A DNA stretch of 63,737 nt, the filler included, from Intoshia linei (Eukaryota; Animalia; Orthonectida), in assembly GCA_001642005.1 (NCBI GenBank). It is 5 parts of 5 records of this genome, joined end to end, with 100 filler letters (N's around TTAATTAATTAA, not from the genome) between each part and the next. Parts side by side here need not be neighbours in the genome. Positions count along the whole stretch, not along the records: positions 1 to 27,146 come from LWCA01000443.1; 4 more parts are not named here. One strand, written 5' to 3'. The first letter of the stretch is position 1. The number at the start of each line of letters is the position of its first letter. The notes below the pieces were generated by a model that was given only the letters and a program-made list of their open reading frames with translations, had not been told where the DNA came from and did no database searches. The position numbers and the translations under genes are program-made. Below, piece by piece: positions 11,510 to 26,192 of this stretch.

Positions 11510-14500
11510 CTACTCAAAAGAGCTTTGAGATAAATCAGAGACAAAATCAGAATTTGACTCACTTTCTTCAGAATTTGACTCGCTATCTTCAGATTTTAAA
11601 TTATATTTAATTGGTTTAGTTTCTCTTTTAGCGCGAACAAGTTTTACTTCTTCTATGGAAGAATCACTATTATCGGAGGCAATATTTTTTTTTGTTGATT
11701 TATCCTTCGCATTCCTCTTTTTCTTAATAGGTGATTGACTCACATCAATAATATCTTGATCAGAATCAGAACTATCAAGAGGTCCTTTTTTATTTGTACT
11801 TTTATTGTTAGAATTTCCGAATAAATAAAGTTTTTTAGTTTTAGATAATTGACTAATAGATTCTAGTTCAGAATCAGAACTGTTTAATGTTAAATTTTTC
11901 TTTTCATTTTTTTTTAAATCATTATGACTACAAGAATGATCAAATATTTTTTCTTTTTTAGAATCCAATTTAAACTTTTTCGTTTTAGTAGGTTTGATAT
12001 CATCATTCTTACGTTTTTTAGTTTTGGATAATTGACTAATAGATTCTAGTTCAGAATCAGAACTGTCCAATGTTATATCTTTCTTTTTATTTTTTTTTAA
12101 ATCATTATCACTACAAGAATCATCAACTATTTTTTCTTTTTTAGAATCCAACTTAATCTTTTTCATTTTAGTAGCTTTGATATCATTATTATTACGTTTT
12201 TTAGTAACTGGATCAACACCAATTCTTTCATATAATGATTTAAATTCAGTTTCATCAACATTATCAACTTTTTCTAACTTTACGTCTATAATTTTTCCCG
12301 ATTTTACGTTATCAACTTTTACTTGTTTATCCTTTTCTAGTTTTATCTTGGCTTTTAATTCTACTTTTTTTTTAAGGTCTAAACTAGCCTGATCAATTTT
12401 TGGAGCAATTCTATCAGCATATTTCGAAGGAACAAGATTGTTATCTTTTTTAGTGTACAAAGAAGTGCCCTTCTTTTTCATTTTTGGATTTAAAGCAGAT
12501 TTTAGTTCTGATTCTTTTTCATCTAAAAATGCTCGATAAGCAACTAAAAATTCTTCCAAATCACTGAGCCACAAATCTTTGGCCGATAATTTTTCTAGAT
12601 TACTTAATTCTAATAATTTATCACCCTTCTGCTTAAGTAATTCTTCTCTTTTTTCTTTACTTAGAGTCCACAAACTCATATTTAAAATGTAATTAAAATC
12701 ATGGGTTTCATTGCTGTCTTGTTCCTCTTCATTTGATTGGTCTACATTTTCAATTTTTTGCTTTTCGTTCCATTTTTTTATAGGATCAGAATCATATTTA
12801 CCATCAATCAAAATTTCAATAATCTTTTTTCTAGGAACATTATCAATAACAATTTTTTTTGACGAGTATTCAATAATAAATCTAGCTTGATTAGAATATT
12901 TCTTGGCCTCTGCAGTTAATAAACCTACCATGTATTTTTTTCGAATTAAATAATATTTTAAACGGACAATATAAAATTCTTTCATCATTTCAGATACATT
13001 ACTAAATCTTTTTATGCATCCATTACTATCAAACAGAACCATTGAATTCGTAGAAATAGAAGATTGTAGTTTCAAATATTTGTACATGGCAGAATCATGA
13101 TGTTTATTAAACAATTCAGATTTTACTTTCAAAACGAAACGAACGGTCGTATCAGTATGGTATTCACTGTAATCTGTTACAAGACCATTCTTGTTATCAT
13201 TAGAATACATTAATGATTCAATTACATTTTCTTTGTACGTTTGAGTCCAAACTTTAATCGGAAGCTCACTAATTTCAATCGAATTATTATCTAAAACAGC
13301 CAATTCACCACAAGTTATATATTTGGAAGAATCAAATTCTAAAATTTCGCCTCGATAACCTCTATAATAAGGCATCATGGGTTTCATTTCTTCATCTTTT
13401 AAAAGTCGTTTCAAATTATTTACTATATCAATTGGATTGTAATTTGGAATTTTTGTGCTCCACCCAGTTCCAATACCTTCACAACCATTAACCAAAATCA
13501 TGGGTAAAATGGGGACATAGTATTTGGGTTCTGTTTTAAAAGTATCGTCATACGTATAACTAAGAATACTATCATCTTCAGGTCTAAAAATTTTACGAGT
13601 AATGGCATTGAGACAAGTGAAAATATATCGAGGACTAGCTGCATCTTTTCCTCCAGCTAATCGAGTACCAAATTGACCATTTGGCATTAATAGATTAATA
13701 TTATTACTGCCAACGAAATCATGAGCCAAATTTATAATTGTGGCCATCAAACTTACTTCGCCGTGATGATATGCCGATAATTCAGCAACAGAACCAGATA
13801 ATTGTGCAACTTTTAATTCTTTTATCAAATTTCTTTTGAAACAAGTGTACATAACTTTTCTCTGACCAGGCTTAAACCCATCAACCAAAGAAGGGATTGA
13901 TCTTTCATTGTCCATATTGCTAAACAATACCAATTCTTTATTTACAAAATCAGTATATGAAATTTTGTGCAAATTTGGCTTATACAAATATTCTTCTGGC
14001 AAATCATGCAATATTCGTTCTCTTCGTTTTTCCATCCAATTGGTTAACCAAACTTTACGTTGTTCAATCTTTTTTTTGCTAAACGCCAACTCAATCGATT
14101 TGTCATCCTCATTTCCATCATATTTGAAATTGATAAGATGTCGGTCTAAATCTTGGAAATATTCCTTCGCTTCTTTAGAAGTTGAAGTACCCAAACCTTT
14201 GTAGTATTTGATATTAAAAGTTTGCCAATTTTCAGTTTCGTTTTTCCATATTTCAAACTCTGGCATGCTATAAAATGATTGTGAATTTCCTCTCTTGCTC
14301 ACTTTTACAATGGGAGTGATAAATTCGTCCAAAAATTTGTGTTGTAATAAATTTGGCCAGTTATAATGGATAAAATTAATCAATAAACCTTTAATATGGG
14401 ATCCATCTTGATCTTGATCTGTCATTATCAATATTTTACCATATCTCAAACTTTTTAGTGAATCTCTATCTACGTATTTATCTTTGTATTTCAATCCCAT

Positions 14501-17158
14501 GATTTTTATAATATTGTTGATTTCAGCATTTTCCATGATCTGTTTGTGAGAAGCTTCTCTTACATTCAAAACTTTACCTCGTAACGGAAAAACACCATAA
14601 AGATTACGCCCGACAACAGATAATCCACTTACAGCAAGCGTTTTCGCCGAATCCCCTTCTGTTAAAATTAGAGTACAATTAATAGAATTTTTTGTTCCAG
14701 CATTATTAGCATCTTCTAATTTTGGAATCCCGCGAAGTCTACATGTTTTGACACCAGATTTTTTGTTCAAAATGTCTTGACTTTTCAAAGCAGCCCAATT
14801 TAAAATTGAGTCTACAATACCCAATTTTATAACTTGAGTGACAAATTTATCTGAAATAACACATTTAGAACCAAACGATCTAACAGCACTGGTAAAATTT
14901 TCTTTAGTTTGTGAGTCAAATTGAGGATTTTCAATTTGAACATTTAAAAATAAAAACAAATGATTTTTAACTTGAAAAGGCTTAATTTCGACAGACCCTT
15001 TCTTCTGTTTCTTTTTAACAGCTTCTAAAATTTTAGATACAATTTGATCTGCAATATAATCGACATGTCTTCCTCCTTTAGTTGTAGCAATGCTGTTAAC
15101 AAAACTAGAATGTTGAAACCCAGTATCTGAAACAGTCAACGCTATTTCCCATCTTTCCTGTTTGTCATATGCAATATTAAGTGGCTGACCAAGTTCGTCT
15201 TTCATCCCTCGAATGTGCAAATCGACAAAATCTTTAAAATTTTTGATGGGAATTTTTTCTCCATTCAAAAAAACCTTACATTTACTTACAGCACAAATAT
15301 CGTATGCGCGACGTTTAAACAACATTATGATATCATCTTCAAGGGTTTCCATGCCGAATCTCTTTAAATCAGGAGAAAAAGAGACTCGAGTATAGTCATC
15401 ACCTGCTGCCCTTTCTATAGGTACAATTTTGGGCTCACCTTCAGTTGACATGTTATCTTTCCACGTTTGTTTAAATTTTTTTCTACCTGAACGCGACTGT
15501 GTCTCCAAAGTAAATTTAACACTGAATGCATTACAAAGTTTAGCACCATATCCGTTCCTTCCGCCAGTCACTTTCTTTTTCGTATCATCATAATTGCTCG
15601 ATGTTAGCAGTTGACCAAAAATTAAACTTGGTACGTACATTTTTTCAACTTTGTGCATAACAATTGGTACACTTTTCCCATTGTTCCAGATTGAGATCAT
15701 ATTTTCCTCTCTAATAATAAAATTATAATGTATTTACAATAATGATTAGGTGTCCCGCTAATTAAAATATAAAAAAGTATTTTCCAATACAGTTACATTT
15801 CGTAATTATTAGTCATTATCTAAAATATTATATAAGTCTTGCAATTCAACTGGGCGAATGAATGAAGGTTCACTTTTTTTAAGTCATACTTATAAAAAAT
15901 ACTTTCAATCTTTTAATTAGACAAACTTTAATTATTACAAATACAATTTAAATTTTAAAGTACCTAGATATTTTAATTTTTATACAATCCATATTACTAT
16001 CTCTTACTTTGTTATCAGCAGCATTAACTATAATTTATATTTATATATTATAATACAATTAATTTGAATACCAATAATTTCATCGAAAATTTTATATAAT
16101 CCAGGAACAAAACTAATTTCCTTCTTTATCATATGATTTTTTTCCTCGTCGAAAACCCACATTAGCTGAATTTTAAATATTTTAGAGCTTATTCATTAAT
16201 ACCTGTGTTATTTTTTCGATAGATCCAATATATGTATCAGGTCGTAGAAGAATATGTTCCAATTGAGTTTTTTTTTGGTAAATTTTTTCAATGGTTCCTT
16301 CATTATGCTGAAATTAAAAAGTTATGACTCGTTCAGGTACATAAAAAATCATGTATATATAAATATTCTATATATATACATGATTATTAAACATGACTTT
16401 AATTCACACTTTAATTAAAATAACAGTATAAAAATGATAAAAACCTTTTTTGTTACTGATTTAGACTGAGATGAATATTTCATTAATAAATATTAAAAAT
16501 AATTTTAGTCAGATTCAATATATAAAATAATCAATTCATTTTGAGGATCCAAAGTTACAACTTCAAATTAAACCATATGTAAGACTTAAATTTGAAGGTA
16601 ATAAATCAGTAACATCTGGGTTTTAAAGTGCTTAATTAAAATTAACCATTGTTTGGGTTTCTGTAAATAATAGATCAGTTTAGACCAATTTTTGAAGGGC
16701 TTTGGTAATTTATAGTGATCATTTCAAAAGTATCAAAATCACTCCTAACTGTAATAGAATACACTATGTAATTAATTTAATTTTTAAAAAAAGTTATAGA
16801 TCATGAAAATATTAATCAAATAGACGTTCATGAGAGCATTTTATTTTTTTAATTAACGGGAAATTAAAAATTCCACCCTTCATTGATAATTATATAATTT
16901 TACAAATTCAGACTTTATAATTGAATAATCCATATAGGTAGTGCTACCATAAATATGTATTTTTAAAAAACTACGCATAAGATATAATCACACTAATATA
17001 GGGCATCATATTAATTTTTTCATATTTTTAAACTATCAAAATATAAAATGAACGAATATATTATAAAAATTAACTGTATTAAAATATATAGATAAACTTA
17101 CTTTACTAGTATTTATTGATTTATTTGGAGAAATTGTAACAATATTATTTTTAGTCAT
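11510..17158 (-). CDS. TOP2: DNA topoisomerase II (multi-exon; first exon uncertain, ATG at 17158 or 16483)
   Basis: IEKIYQKKTQLEHILLRPDTYIGS (about 16290-16203), PGLYKIFDEI, VNAADNKVRD, GGRNGYGAK, TEGDSA, PLRGK, MTDQDQDGSHI, YYKGLGTS, catalytic ASPRY. Terminal exon is about 4.2 kb (11510 to about 15710). Confidence 0.98.
11840..12205 (-). repeat. Tandem 183-bp (61-aa) duplication in the TOP2 C-terminal domain
   Basis: TKKRNNNDIKATK...SSDSELESISQLSK is repeated as TKKRKNDDIKPTK...SSDSELESISQLSK; DNA offset 183 bp. Confidence 0.95.
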
Positions 17159-17675
17159 TTTAAAATAATCTATAAAATAGATAACGATAAACTAATTGCG
17201 CCAAACCATTAAATATTTTAGTATCCATGCCGTTTAGACAAAAAATAAACTAAATGACTAAGTTACACATTATTATTATTATATTAATAAAAATACAATT
17301 GTTTTTACGATTAAACTTAATTTTTCAATTTAATTTAATTTACATTTTAATTTTACAATTATTGTACTTAAATTTGAACTTTACTTTGTAATACAGTAAC
17401 GAGTGTATTTGTGACTCAAATTGTTAGTTATGATATAACCTATAACATGCATAACTCATACATACATCCACTATTTTCCCAAAACAGAATCTTTAAATTT
17501 TCTGGCAAAAAACAGAATCGAAAATAATAGTAAAAAATTATTAGGTTATAAAGAAACCTATTTAATATTTCAAGAGGAAAGATTCAACGACAAAATATAG
17601 GCAGATATAAATAAGATAAAATAAAGATTACAAATGTAATGTAAAATGAATATCAATAATTTATTAACAAATATT

Positions 17676-20600
17676 TCATTTAATCCACAAATCAATAAAT
17701 TCAGGGGAAAGATTGTTAAAAACATCAAGAGTATCACTCAAACGTGATTTATAGTTAACAAAGTGTTTACGAATTTCATCGAGCATTTTGTCTTGAAATT
17801 CAATATCACCGGTATTTTTATTTTTCCACATGCTGGTCAAAATAGAATTCCAAGACCAATATATTCTAATAGGATTCACTGTAAAACGTACAAACATTCC
17901 TCCAGAAATGTGACACATATACCTTTCCATTTGCGGTTCATATGAAAATGTGTATTTTTGTGATTCTGGCATTAATGTGAAACCCAAAAATCCGTATCTA
18001 AATGATTAATTTTAAAATAAATATATAAAATAAGCGTAAAATTACCGATAGAAAATATATGAAATGAAGTAAATTATATTGACACATTCTAAGTATAATT
18101 AAAAATTTAAAAAAAACTTTAAACCAAATTCTTTGTCATTCAGATATTGACAATCGATTTCAAAACATGATCTAAAAGGTTCATGAGAAAGATCTGGAGA
18201 TAAATAGAATGGATCGGTAGGTATTAAAATTAAATGAAAATCATTTTCTACTGCTTTTTTATTCCAATAATGAATCTAAACTTAAAATAAATACAATGAA
18301 TTAACTACTGTATATGGAATAGGCTGTAAACTGTATTCAATATCAATGTTTTTCTGAAAATTAATATATTCCTATTTCTGTTTACAAAATTAATTTACAC
18401 GACCATCATTTAATCCTGCGTCAATATTAAATTTAAACGGATTAAAATGTATTATGTTATTAATAATATGTAATTAATTCAAAATAATTGTACCATTGCT
18501 TTCAGAACCAAACCACAAGCCATAATCCACCTCATTTCTATTTCGTAAGCCACTCGGGGATTATATTCGTCAATATATTCTAAAACGCCATACTGCTTTT
18601 GCTGGCTAGTGCCTTTAGGGTCAAAATTGTAAGAAACGTTGTTGGACGCTAATAAAATATAAACTTTTACATCTATAAAATTATGTATTTCTATAACTCG
18701 GTTATATTGTACTCCCTTTTTTTCTTAAATGTATAAAATTTTGAATATATTTAAATTAAGTATAACTCAATACTCGATTTATCTCACTTCAATTCATAAT
18801 ATGCTTTTCAATTCTTGTAATTAATTTAGAAAGTAAACTATACTGCTGTTCGTTGGAACATTTTTTAATACACAAAGGGCATGCTACTCAAATAAGTTAT
18901 AGGTCACAGATCTAACTCTTAACCGTTTTGATCACATCTTAACCCTAGCATTTTTCGAGATATCACGAAGGATTGTATATTCTATCCACGACGATCCCTG
19001 AAACAGTCGTTAACCAAATTCGCCTAATTTAATAAAAATTACCAACTAAATTTTGTTAAATTTACTTTAAATATCTCAATAAAATATGATAAAAATATGA
19101 AATTACTTTTCATATTAAAAGTTTGTAAATCAAAGTTTTCATCAATTGGAAATTTGACTTGAACGCATTCCACATTGAAGGACAATGTGGTTTTAGCAAC
19201 ATCTATTAAAAAATAACACTTAAATTATAAAAAAAACCTGTAAAGGTGTATAAATAGAATCCATAATTGAATTGAGTACTTTTTTTGGAAATGTGGAAAA
19301 TTATATTTTCATCTTTAAGAATCTATATTATTTGATTTATGATTAGATGATAAAATCTCTGCATTGGATATTATATCATATACCAGAGCTTCGCAACCTG
19401 GATGATTTTGCTAATCAATCTAATATTGCTCGAAAATTAACAATATCTTTATAATCATTCCATTACATTTTTTCACATACTACAAAAAAACTTTCAACGT
19501 CGAAGATTTTCCTCTCCAGTCAAAAACGCATATTATCATTGTATCACCGCTTATTTTTTAAATTTAAAATGAAATCTAATCATCATTTTAGAATAAAATA
19601 TAATCCACAAAAATTAAACTTTTTAAGTTTAAACTGTATATATCCGATGCAGAACTATATATTTTGTACATATTAAAAGTCTACATGTAACAATTCAACG
19701 GCTTGAATGATATTATGAACATTATCAACATATCTAATACAAAAATCGACAGCCACATAAGAAACAAATGTTTTTTGAGGTAATTTTTTGTAATTCACAA
19801 ATTGCATATTTCTAAAATATTTGAATATATCATCAATACTTACAAATTTAATTAGCAGTTTAAAAAGTATTATAAATTAGCGATGTTTTTTAAATTAAAC
19901 CTTTGGACCAGAAAAAAACTTGAAAAATTTAATATATTTGACCAGAGGTGGGAAAATGAGACCTTAAAGGCCGGTTGCGACCTTCTGAACAATTTTAATA
20001 ATTTTATTATAATATATTATTATATTATTTTTAAAATATTAATTTTTAGTAAAATGGTATTTTTCAGAAAAATATTGAAAAAAGCGGGTTTTACCTTAAG
20101 GGTTGATAAAATTGAGTTTTTTCTTTTAGAATCAAATAGAGAGATTTTGATATAAAAGTTTGGTATAATTGGATTTTTCAAAAAAATATTGGTAAAAGGG
20201 GATTTTTTCCTTCCCATGAGAAGTACTGATGTGTTTGATTAAATTTTATTTAGAAAGGTGCGGCCTTATTAAATTTTTTTGAGACGTTAGTGTCGCCTTC
20301 GAACAATAAATGCTTCCCCACATCTGAATTAGACCAATGCGAAGAACAAGTATAACATTTGTTTCGAATAAATAAGTAATATACAGTTGGTCACCCTTAA
20401 AAACACAATGTTAAAAATAAATTTAGTTACTACCTTTTACCCGACTCTTAAAATATTGTTACATTTTTACCACCGCAGCGGTTAGAAAACACTCCTATAT
20501 TGACATACTTTTATTGATATATTTTTAATTTAGATTAAAAAGGTCTGCATTTTTTAGGCCCATCACAAATAATCAAATTAGAATTTTAATAATATATTTT

Positions 20601-23600
20601 CTATTGTACATAAAATTACTTAATCATAAATTCAGTGAATTCTTTTAAATTAGATTCGTTAACAGTAGAAAATCTAAAATATTATAAAAAATAAATTTCA
20701 TTTTTATACGTTTTCAATACTTTATCTTGTACGTCAGACTAAATAGTATATTTGATATTATAAAATTACAAAGTAATGTAACCTTTTGTTCAAATTCGAA
20801 AATTGAAATATATTTTATAAATTCAGAAAAATTGCTAATAAGTTTGAACAAATGCTTTTTATCAGATAACTCATAAATATCACACCTAAATATACATTTA
20901 AATTTAGTGCTTATATTTACGTTCGTCACCTTTCATCGTCTTTTAGATTCATAATTTTTGTAATAAATTTTTCACATTTAGGTAAAATTAAAATTCTTTT
21001 TCGTTCATATCTTCCGCACTAAATAAAATTTACCATATTGATGATATTTGAAAACTTTTGAAAAAGTAAAATCTTTTAAATCAAAATTGGCTATATAATG
21101 ATCGCTATGATTATAATTAATGAATCGGTGATTTGGCATTCTAAATACAGTACGCTTTGCTACAAATGCTGGCATATCAGGTAATTGAAGACAGAAATTA
21201 TAAAACAGTTCTTTGGACTGAAAATAATGTCTAAAATACATATGTGATTACATTTAATATTAGTTACCTTCTAGCATATCTTTGTACGTGAATATAACCA
21301 TTAAAAAGCGATAAACTGTGGATTTGATCTCCATTACTACAAACAATAAATTCTTCTGGAATTTCATTACAGGCCATTAAATCTTTTTCGAAATTATCTT
21401 CATTTTCAATAAATTGAAAACCCTTAAAATGAGGTTAAATTATATTCAAATTTGACAAAATAACATTAAATAATGTATGTTTGTACGGTTTGTCGTATTA
21501 TATGGAAAATTATAAATTGAGGTATATAAAACTAATAATATATTTTTATATATATGATCAATTACAACCATAGTTGCATTTTAATGTAGAATTAATCCGT
21601 TTCTTTACTTTCATACACATTTTACATATAACGTATCTGCATAAAAATGGGTAGAAATCACAATAATTTCGAATATTATTTTCGACTTTTTTTAAAATTT
21701 TCTTAGACAATGAGTGACGGCTTATAAAACATATAAAAACAAATAAATGATTACCAAAATTAATCTGAGATAGAAGAGTTCATAAAAATTTTTTTTTAGA
21801 CGTTGTTTCAATAATTCCTTTTTTTCTATCGGAGAAATATTTTCTCTATCAATAAGATAAAATACATGATGATATATAATCATTACGTGAATTTTAAAAA
21901 TATACCATTTAAACTAATTAAGAATTCCTCAAAAACGGTACAACCATTTTTAAAAATTATCACTATTGTATAAATCTAGATTTACTCATTTCCCAGGTTT
22001 AATTATCATCAAATTAAATCAGAAAGTAGTACAAAATATATAAATAAATTTTCATTTTTTATTTGGACTATAATTATATTACTCTTGCTCAAAGTCTGTA
22101 TTTGTCAATGTGATATGATAAGAAAAAACATCATAATATTGATTTATAAATTGCTTTTTGAAAACGAAATCAACACTCAACGGTAACAACATTGGACAAC
22201 AAAGAATATTCCAATCAACGCCTAAATATATAAAATTAATAATAAGTGTCATGTTGAATATTTATCATTACTCTTATATTTTTTGTATTGTAGATTAAAA
22301 CGATTTAACTAGAAGTTTTAAAATATAAAATAAATAAATAAATATTAAAAAATCTACATTTATGAAAACTTACATCAAGTATTTTTCTATCAGCAACTAA
22401 AAAATTATGAATTACAAATAAAACAAAAAACCTTTCCAATTAGAATGCAACCATTTTTCTCTATATGAACATTGATATGAACTATTTCTATAAGGTTTAC
22501 GATACTTTAATAATTTTTCAATTTTATGAAAAAAATCAGCAAAATCGTCTACTTCATCGTCCTCATGGCACGATTTACAGTCAAGCTGCCGCATTACATT
22601 TGAAGAAACTAAAATATTTTTATAAAATATAAAATATTAAACTACATTTAACAAATTCACTGGAGTACACGCTGATAATCGAAGATGCCACATTTAGAGG
22701 AATTTGTTCGGGTTCAGGTATTGGTAACTCTTTAGATTCGTCAGAATTGGTGAACATATCTCGATCAGCAACGAATCTTTTATCGGGTTCTTTTTCATAT
22801 CCATAATATTTCATATAGTCCGTAGTTTCGTAATCCGACGAATCATAATCGTATTCATTTAAATTTATTTCGTCATCATGATAATTATCTCTAATAAATA
22901 GAAATGTACATTATAAACTCATTTACAAGTATGATTCAGAAAAAGAACGATGAATAATTTTATGATGAATCGTTTCCTAATTGAATAAATGAATAGTAAT
23001 TATAAAAATGTACATCATAATCTGGTTTAACAACATGCGCAATGTCTACATCTTCATAACTTTTTAAGTATTTTTCGTGATTCGATTCAAAAAACCTTGA
23101 AATGCGGATAAAATATTATAGAGATACCTAAAATTAAAATAATCTGCAATGAAATATCCGTATTGTTTGGTTTTATAATTTACGGTTCTTTGAAGCTAAA
23201 CAATAAACAAATATATATATATATATATATATTAACCTTTATTAAAGGAAAATTGTGGAGAGGTGGAGTTCCCAAAGAAATTATTTCACAGGGTGCAGCT
23301 ATTGGATAAATGTTTAAATAATTGATACAACAACTACGTGATACGTTCATACGACTTTTTGCCATCATGTACATTTTTAAATCTGGAGAAAAATAACCAG
23401 AATTTGCAGTAACAATTATCCATAAATTTCCAGTTCTATCCAGTGAATTGTCCATACAATCAGTGTAACACGAAACTTTAAAAAAATTAACTGATTATAC
23501 ATCCCTTTTTACTATTCAAGTTCATATTGAGTAATTCGAATAAGTTTCCACTAACAGATGAAGATAATTCGTAATTCTGTATATCTATGCCCTCAAAAAA

Positions 23601-26192
23601 ATCATCATCTATTTCCGTAGAACTACAGGAATCTCTTATTTTACCAAATATTTTACGATATATAGCAAAATTCACTCGGATTTGGTTTAAATAGTCGATA
23701 TATTTATCATTTTTTTCATTTTGAATTATAATTCTACAATAAACAATGTATATTATACATTTTGTATGTTTAGAAATACAAATTTTCAATTCACACGGTC
23801 ACTTCTCTAATACAGTTTTAGGGGTTTAAGGTATTTTCTTCTTAATAAAATATTCACCTTAAATCCCTTAAAGCATGTTAATTTAAATATCTTAATACAA
23901 TAATAATTACTTGTAAAAGTCTTTATATTTATTTTTATCTACAAAAATATTATTAATTAGAAATTTAATTAATACCATGTTTATCTACTAATCTGAAAAA
24001 TATTCCAAGTGTCACATCATGATAACTAGACCTTTCTTTCCACATGTCGAATAAATGAATCAAAAATTCCATGCATTTATCGTAATATGCCTCAGAATAA
24101 TTATCAAAATCCCAAAATCTATCACAAATTTGGACAAATAAAAATACACGAGTAGAACAAGTTTTAAATATCAACTAAAAATAATAATACAAGTCTATTA
24201 AAAAATAATAAAATATTAAAAACCTTTGTCTCTATAGTGAATACACCACACTGTACGTCCTCATCTTCTATAATTAATTTCGAAATTGTAAACCTAACGA
24301 ATTGTAAAATATAATATTGAAAATTACGTTATGTTTTTATGATTAAAGGATTGATCGCAAGAGCATATTCTATGATTCTGTTAAAATATTGTAAATACCA
24401 CTTGGTATAAAAATACCATTTCTTCACGAATTGTCATCATATTTCGTCTTGTTACATACTAATAAATATTTGGAATTTAAATTATCCGAATTAGACTGTA
24501 ATTAACTCAGTACTTCCCAAATGTGAACATTTCGCGACAGTATCGAACCAACCGTAGAGAGCCTCCTCGAGCAGAACTACCCTATTTGGAAAGCGCTGGT
24601 TTAACCAAATTAATAAAATTACTTGATCACTACATAATACTTCAACAAAATCTAATTTATAATCCTATAAAATGAAAATTTTAAGAAATATTAAAATTAA
24701 ATGGACCTTTTCTTCAACTTTGTTAAGGTAAAATAATTCATTTTCTCCAAAGCATTGTGTATTTGTTAATGATTTTAAAATTTTACCGAAGACTAATATT
24801 TACTGAATTCTTTACATATTAATTGTAAATAAAATAATAACCTTTTTTCGATTTAATTCCAATAAAGTCAGCATAAAATAGCACATATCTAGAAATTTAT
24901 TGATGATAGTTATTATAATATTAAAAAATATATAAAATTTAGCAAGTTTTCTATAATGGGCAGTACAGTCATTACCATATTGCAAAAAAAGAATTACTGG
25001 ACAAGTATATTTTAACAAAAATCTATTCATTCACATATTTTTGCAATTTTATTGTATAATTTAATAACAATTATAAGCCAAAAATATTTTTTGCAATCAT
25101 AGATATGTAATTTTGACTTTACATTTAACTCCCAATAAACTAAAATTGAAGTAATCGAACATGACGAGAACGAGATATCACTGTAATATTATAAATTATA
25201 ATTTATAATTATATTAAATAATGTTTTTTTCCGTAGTTAGTAGTAGTAGTTGTTAGTTGTGCTTTTCCCTCTATAAAAGTGTTTCTCAACGTTTTTTTAG
25301 AATCGCCATTATATAATAATGAATTTTAAATACATATTTTTAGATCTATAAAATTTTCTATATTAATTGTTTCACAATTTTTTTTTAAAAATTTACCAAC
25401 AGAACCAATAATTCTCTTAAAAAAATAAAATAATTTTGTATGTTGTTTTAGCTAAAAAACTTAAGGAAATGATTTTAACATTTTTATAAAATGATGAAAA
25501 AAAATTTTGGAAAAATTAAACGATTTCAAAAAAAAAGTAGCAGTAGATATTTTTTTTACTTCTAAGAGAGAATATAAACGCGAATTAGAAAAAAATATAT
25601 TTTCAAAATTATAAAATTGAATATCCAACATTATCAATTTTTTTTATGTGGCCTTGCACACTTAATTTAGTTGCAACTTGCAATAATAATATTAAATTTT
25701 AACACTATGCGTGTGGTAAAATGTTAACATATTATGAACGACATCTCGAAATGAAAAGAATAATGTTTTTTAGAATTATATTTTAAGTGGTCGCAAAAAA
25801 ATGAATATGAAATTATCGATACGTAGTAAAAAATAGATTTGAAATCCATGTGATATAACATATATTACGTTAAAAACATAAAATTATATTGCAGTGACAA
25901 AAACGTCATATAGGGTTACTGGTTCGCCATCACTGCCTTATGACATATATGTAAATATTCATTCTAAATCATACTTGTGATTTTTGTTATTAATTTTGAC
26001 CAAATCTCTATATGATATACCATCAAATTCTGTTCCATGAAGTAAAATAAAATCTAAAGATGTTTCTAAAATACAAGTCATTGTGATAAATAAATTAGAA
26101 TTAATACCACTCGGCATTTCTTCAATTAATATAATTTCTTCTATAACTACACCTACAAAACATTCACTGTCCGATTCTGTTGAATGTGACAT
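17676..26192 (-). CDS. DEPDC5: GATOR1 subunit DEPDC5/Iml1, many small exons
   Basis: Exons encode DYKLDFVEVLCSDQ, IFKTCSTRVFLFVQICDRFWDFDNYSEAYYDKC (cf. VFRS.SA.VYIFIQMS.EMWDFD..G.LYFEKA), GNLFELLN, SLDRTGNLWIIVT, LGTPPLHNFPLIK, GVDWNILCCPMLLPLSVDF, DEP-like LPQKTFVSYVAVDFCIRYV, AYEIEMRWIMACG and C-terminal YWSWNSILTSMWKNKNTGDIEFQDKML. The 5' exon near 25975-26192 splices in phase (CAC AA|gt...ag|A TAT). Confidence 0.92.
19943..20326. mobile_element. hAT MITE in a DEPDC5 intron; related end at about 56288-56370
   Basis: TIR CAGAGGTGGGAAA / TTCCCCACATCTG; degenerate 8-bp flanks TATTTGAC / AATTAGAC. Confidence 0.7.
24508..24598. mobile_element. 91-bp GC-rich hAT micro-MITE in a DEPDC5 intron
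   Basis: TIR CAGTACTTCCCAAAT / ATTTGGAAAGCGCTG; both 8-bp flanks are nnnTAnnn. Confidence 0.7.

Noticed and set aside
12177-15395. Plus-strand ORFs inside TOP2 (and similar ORFs inside Frizzled and the hAT transposase)
   Set aside because: Antisense or alternate-frame shadows of real coding sequence.
23210-23232. (TA)n microsatellite
   Set aside because: Ordinary intronic simple repeat.
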